Assembly (NCBI RefSeq): GCF_022045235.1
Contig: NW_027266267.1
Coordinates: forward strand, 35,216,001 to 35,280,000
From: Haliotis cracherodii
Lineage: Eukaryota
Length of the DNA stretch: 64,000 bases
Reading direction: 5' to 3'
Position 1 is the first letter of the stretch; each line of letters begins with the position of its first letter. Below the pieces are notes generated by a model, which was not told the DNA's origin, made no database searches, and saw nothing but the letters and a program-made list of their open reading frames with translations. The position numbers and the translations under genes were made by a program. Shown here piece by piece: positions 62,428 through 64,000 of this stretch.

Positions 62428-63589
62428 TATTTAATGTTAGCTATTGTCCGAGAGGTAATTCCCGTTTATTACTCGCCCGTTTAAGATACCACTGTTGAAA
62501 AAAACAATTAGCTGGTGTTTAATACCAAATCGCGTGTTTACATGTATGTACTGCCTGGAACTAATTTCCCGAAACATATTGAAAGCTCTGAGCTCATTAA
62601 ATGACATTGTGTTTGAAGATGGTAAATCACTCAGATGAACTTAAGCAAACTCGATGACATTCACCCTGTTGCTTGGACATTGTTTCGTCGATGTAGCTTC
62701 CACACATTTTCACAAATTACGTTATTAAAATTCAAATAAAATAAGCTGAAGATAAAAACATGTTTATGACATCGCCTTCAACACAAACAATTATTTAACG
62801 TGTATTGTGTGTTCATGTCCTCTATACCCAAGTACCATAAGTTAGCATGTAGTTGTCATATTTTATTCATCTGAACAGACAACATCCAATTATAAAATTG
62901 TGTCTTGTTTAGTCAATGTAGAGATCCCTTTCAAAGGTGTTGAGCATGTAATGCGCGAATGTACAATATTTCAAATTTTCAGATGTAGGGCTTAATTTAA
63001 TCATGATATTTCAATTGATGACATTATTTATGCCGATTATAATGCAAGAAAATATCTCATATCTCATATGTCAAGCGCGGTGATATGGTTGGAATATTTG
63101 CTGAGTGCGGTGTTGGACAACAAATAAACAGATATCAAGACAACAACAATGTGAGGACACGTAAAATCCCTGACTTCGACCACACATTCCAAGTTAGTCG
63201 AGGATCTTGTTGTCGAATACTACTGCACTGCCGGTCCATTCTTGATCCCCTGTAATTTGAGTGTCCTGTTTCCCTATCCGGCGTTTATAATTAGTTATCA
63301 TTGCACGTATCCAAAAGGGTGATGGGGAGTTTACAGTTATTATGTCCAGGTTGAGGTCCACGTATTCATTGAACATGTCAAAAGGTAAACATACGAAGTG
63401 AGTGGAAAGAATATGAGATAATGATGAAAACATGCACTGAAGCATAAAGTGGAGAATACTTTCTTCATCAACGATCGGTGACGTTATATGGACAATAAAC
63501 TGCTGCAATGGGAAATGAGAGGTCACCAACAAACACAGGTGACCTTGAGTGAAAATGGTGATTTTTGTTATGCAAACTCCTATTATAAA

Positions 63590-63945
63590 GACACCATCGC
63601 CTAGTGGAAGGAGCGTTTGCTCGGAGAGCGGAGGGTCGGTGGTTCGATTCCCCGGCCTCTTCACACTGAATGATGTTAAAGATGGTACTCTCCATTAAGG
63701 GGTTAAAACAAAGACTGGAAGTACCTGTACTGTGTCTGAGTGGGATTGACATGTGAAAGTGCGGCATAGTATCTCAGTGAACTGGCACTACAAAGCCGGC
63801 ATAAGTATGGAATAGAACAGGACGTCACACACACACACACACACACACACGCACGCACGCACGCACGCACGCACGCATGCACGCGCGTACCTGGCTATGT
63901 AAGTGCAATAATCATGAATGCAGGATTAAGCCTCATATCACATGA
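63590..63945 (+). mobile_element. SINE family 3 with internal (CA)n/(CACG)n
   Basis: Homology to 52847-53205. Confidence 0.8.
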
Positions 63946-64000
63946 AACATTTACAATGGTTGAACTGCAACTAAAGGGAGGCAACTCGTGTTTCCTTACC

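Noticed and set aside
63194-63470. 156-aa ORF / possible second Penelope relic
   Set aside because: Starts inside a SINE, and the motif match is too degraded.

Overview
Eukaryotic, AT-rich, repeat-dense genomic DNA with spliceosomal introns and two assembly gaps. The SINE repertoire looks molluscan, probably gastropod/abalone-like (inference). The ORF track hides the main content. Splicing GT-AG exons by hand gives a tandem and inverted cluster of five paralogous type-I membrane receptors: A 2157/2870-7205 (-), B 9394-14037 (-), C 16440-20462 (-), D 26221?/32280-39438 (-) and E 42006-54528 (+). Each has a signal-peptide exon, one atypical 4-Cys V-like Ig exon, a variable number of S/T-rich stalk exons, a TM exon and a cytoplasmic tail. 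The tails differ sharply. A has NPxY plus 8 tandem 23-aa YxxP repeats. B and C have an ITAM-like pair plus ITIM-like and YxN motifs. E carries the homologous A-type tail with every tyrosine absent (all repeats F instead of Y; NPLY replaced by APTN). Heads and tails appear to have been shuffled between paralogs, and D has a stalk exon present in four tandem copies. This resembles an invertebrate paired signalling/decoy immune or recognition receptor locus. The remainder is SINEs (4 families), Tc1 and mariner relics, LINE and Penelope-like fragments, and minisatellites. All gene models are manual predictions with no expression data.
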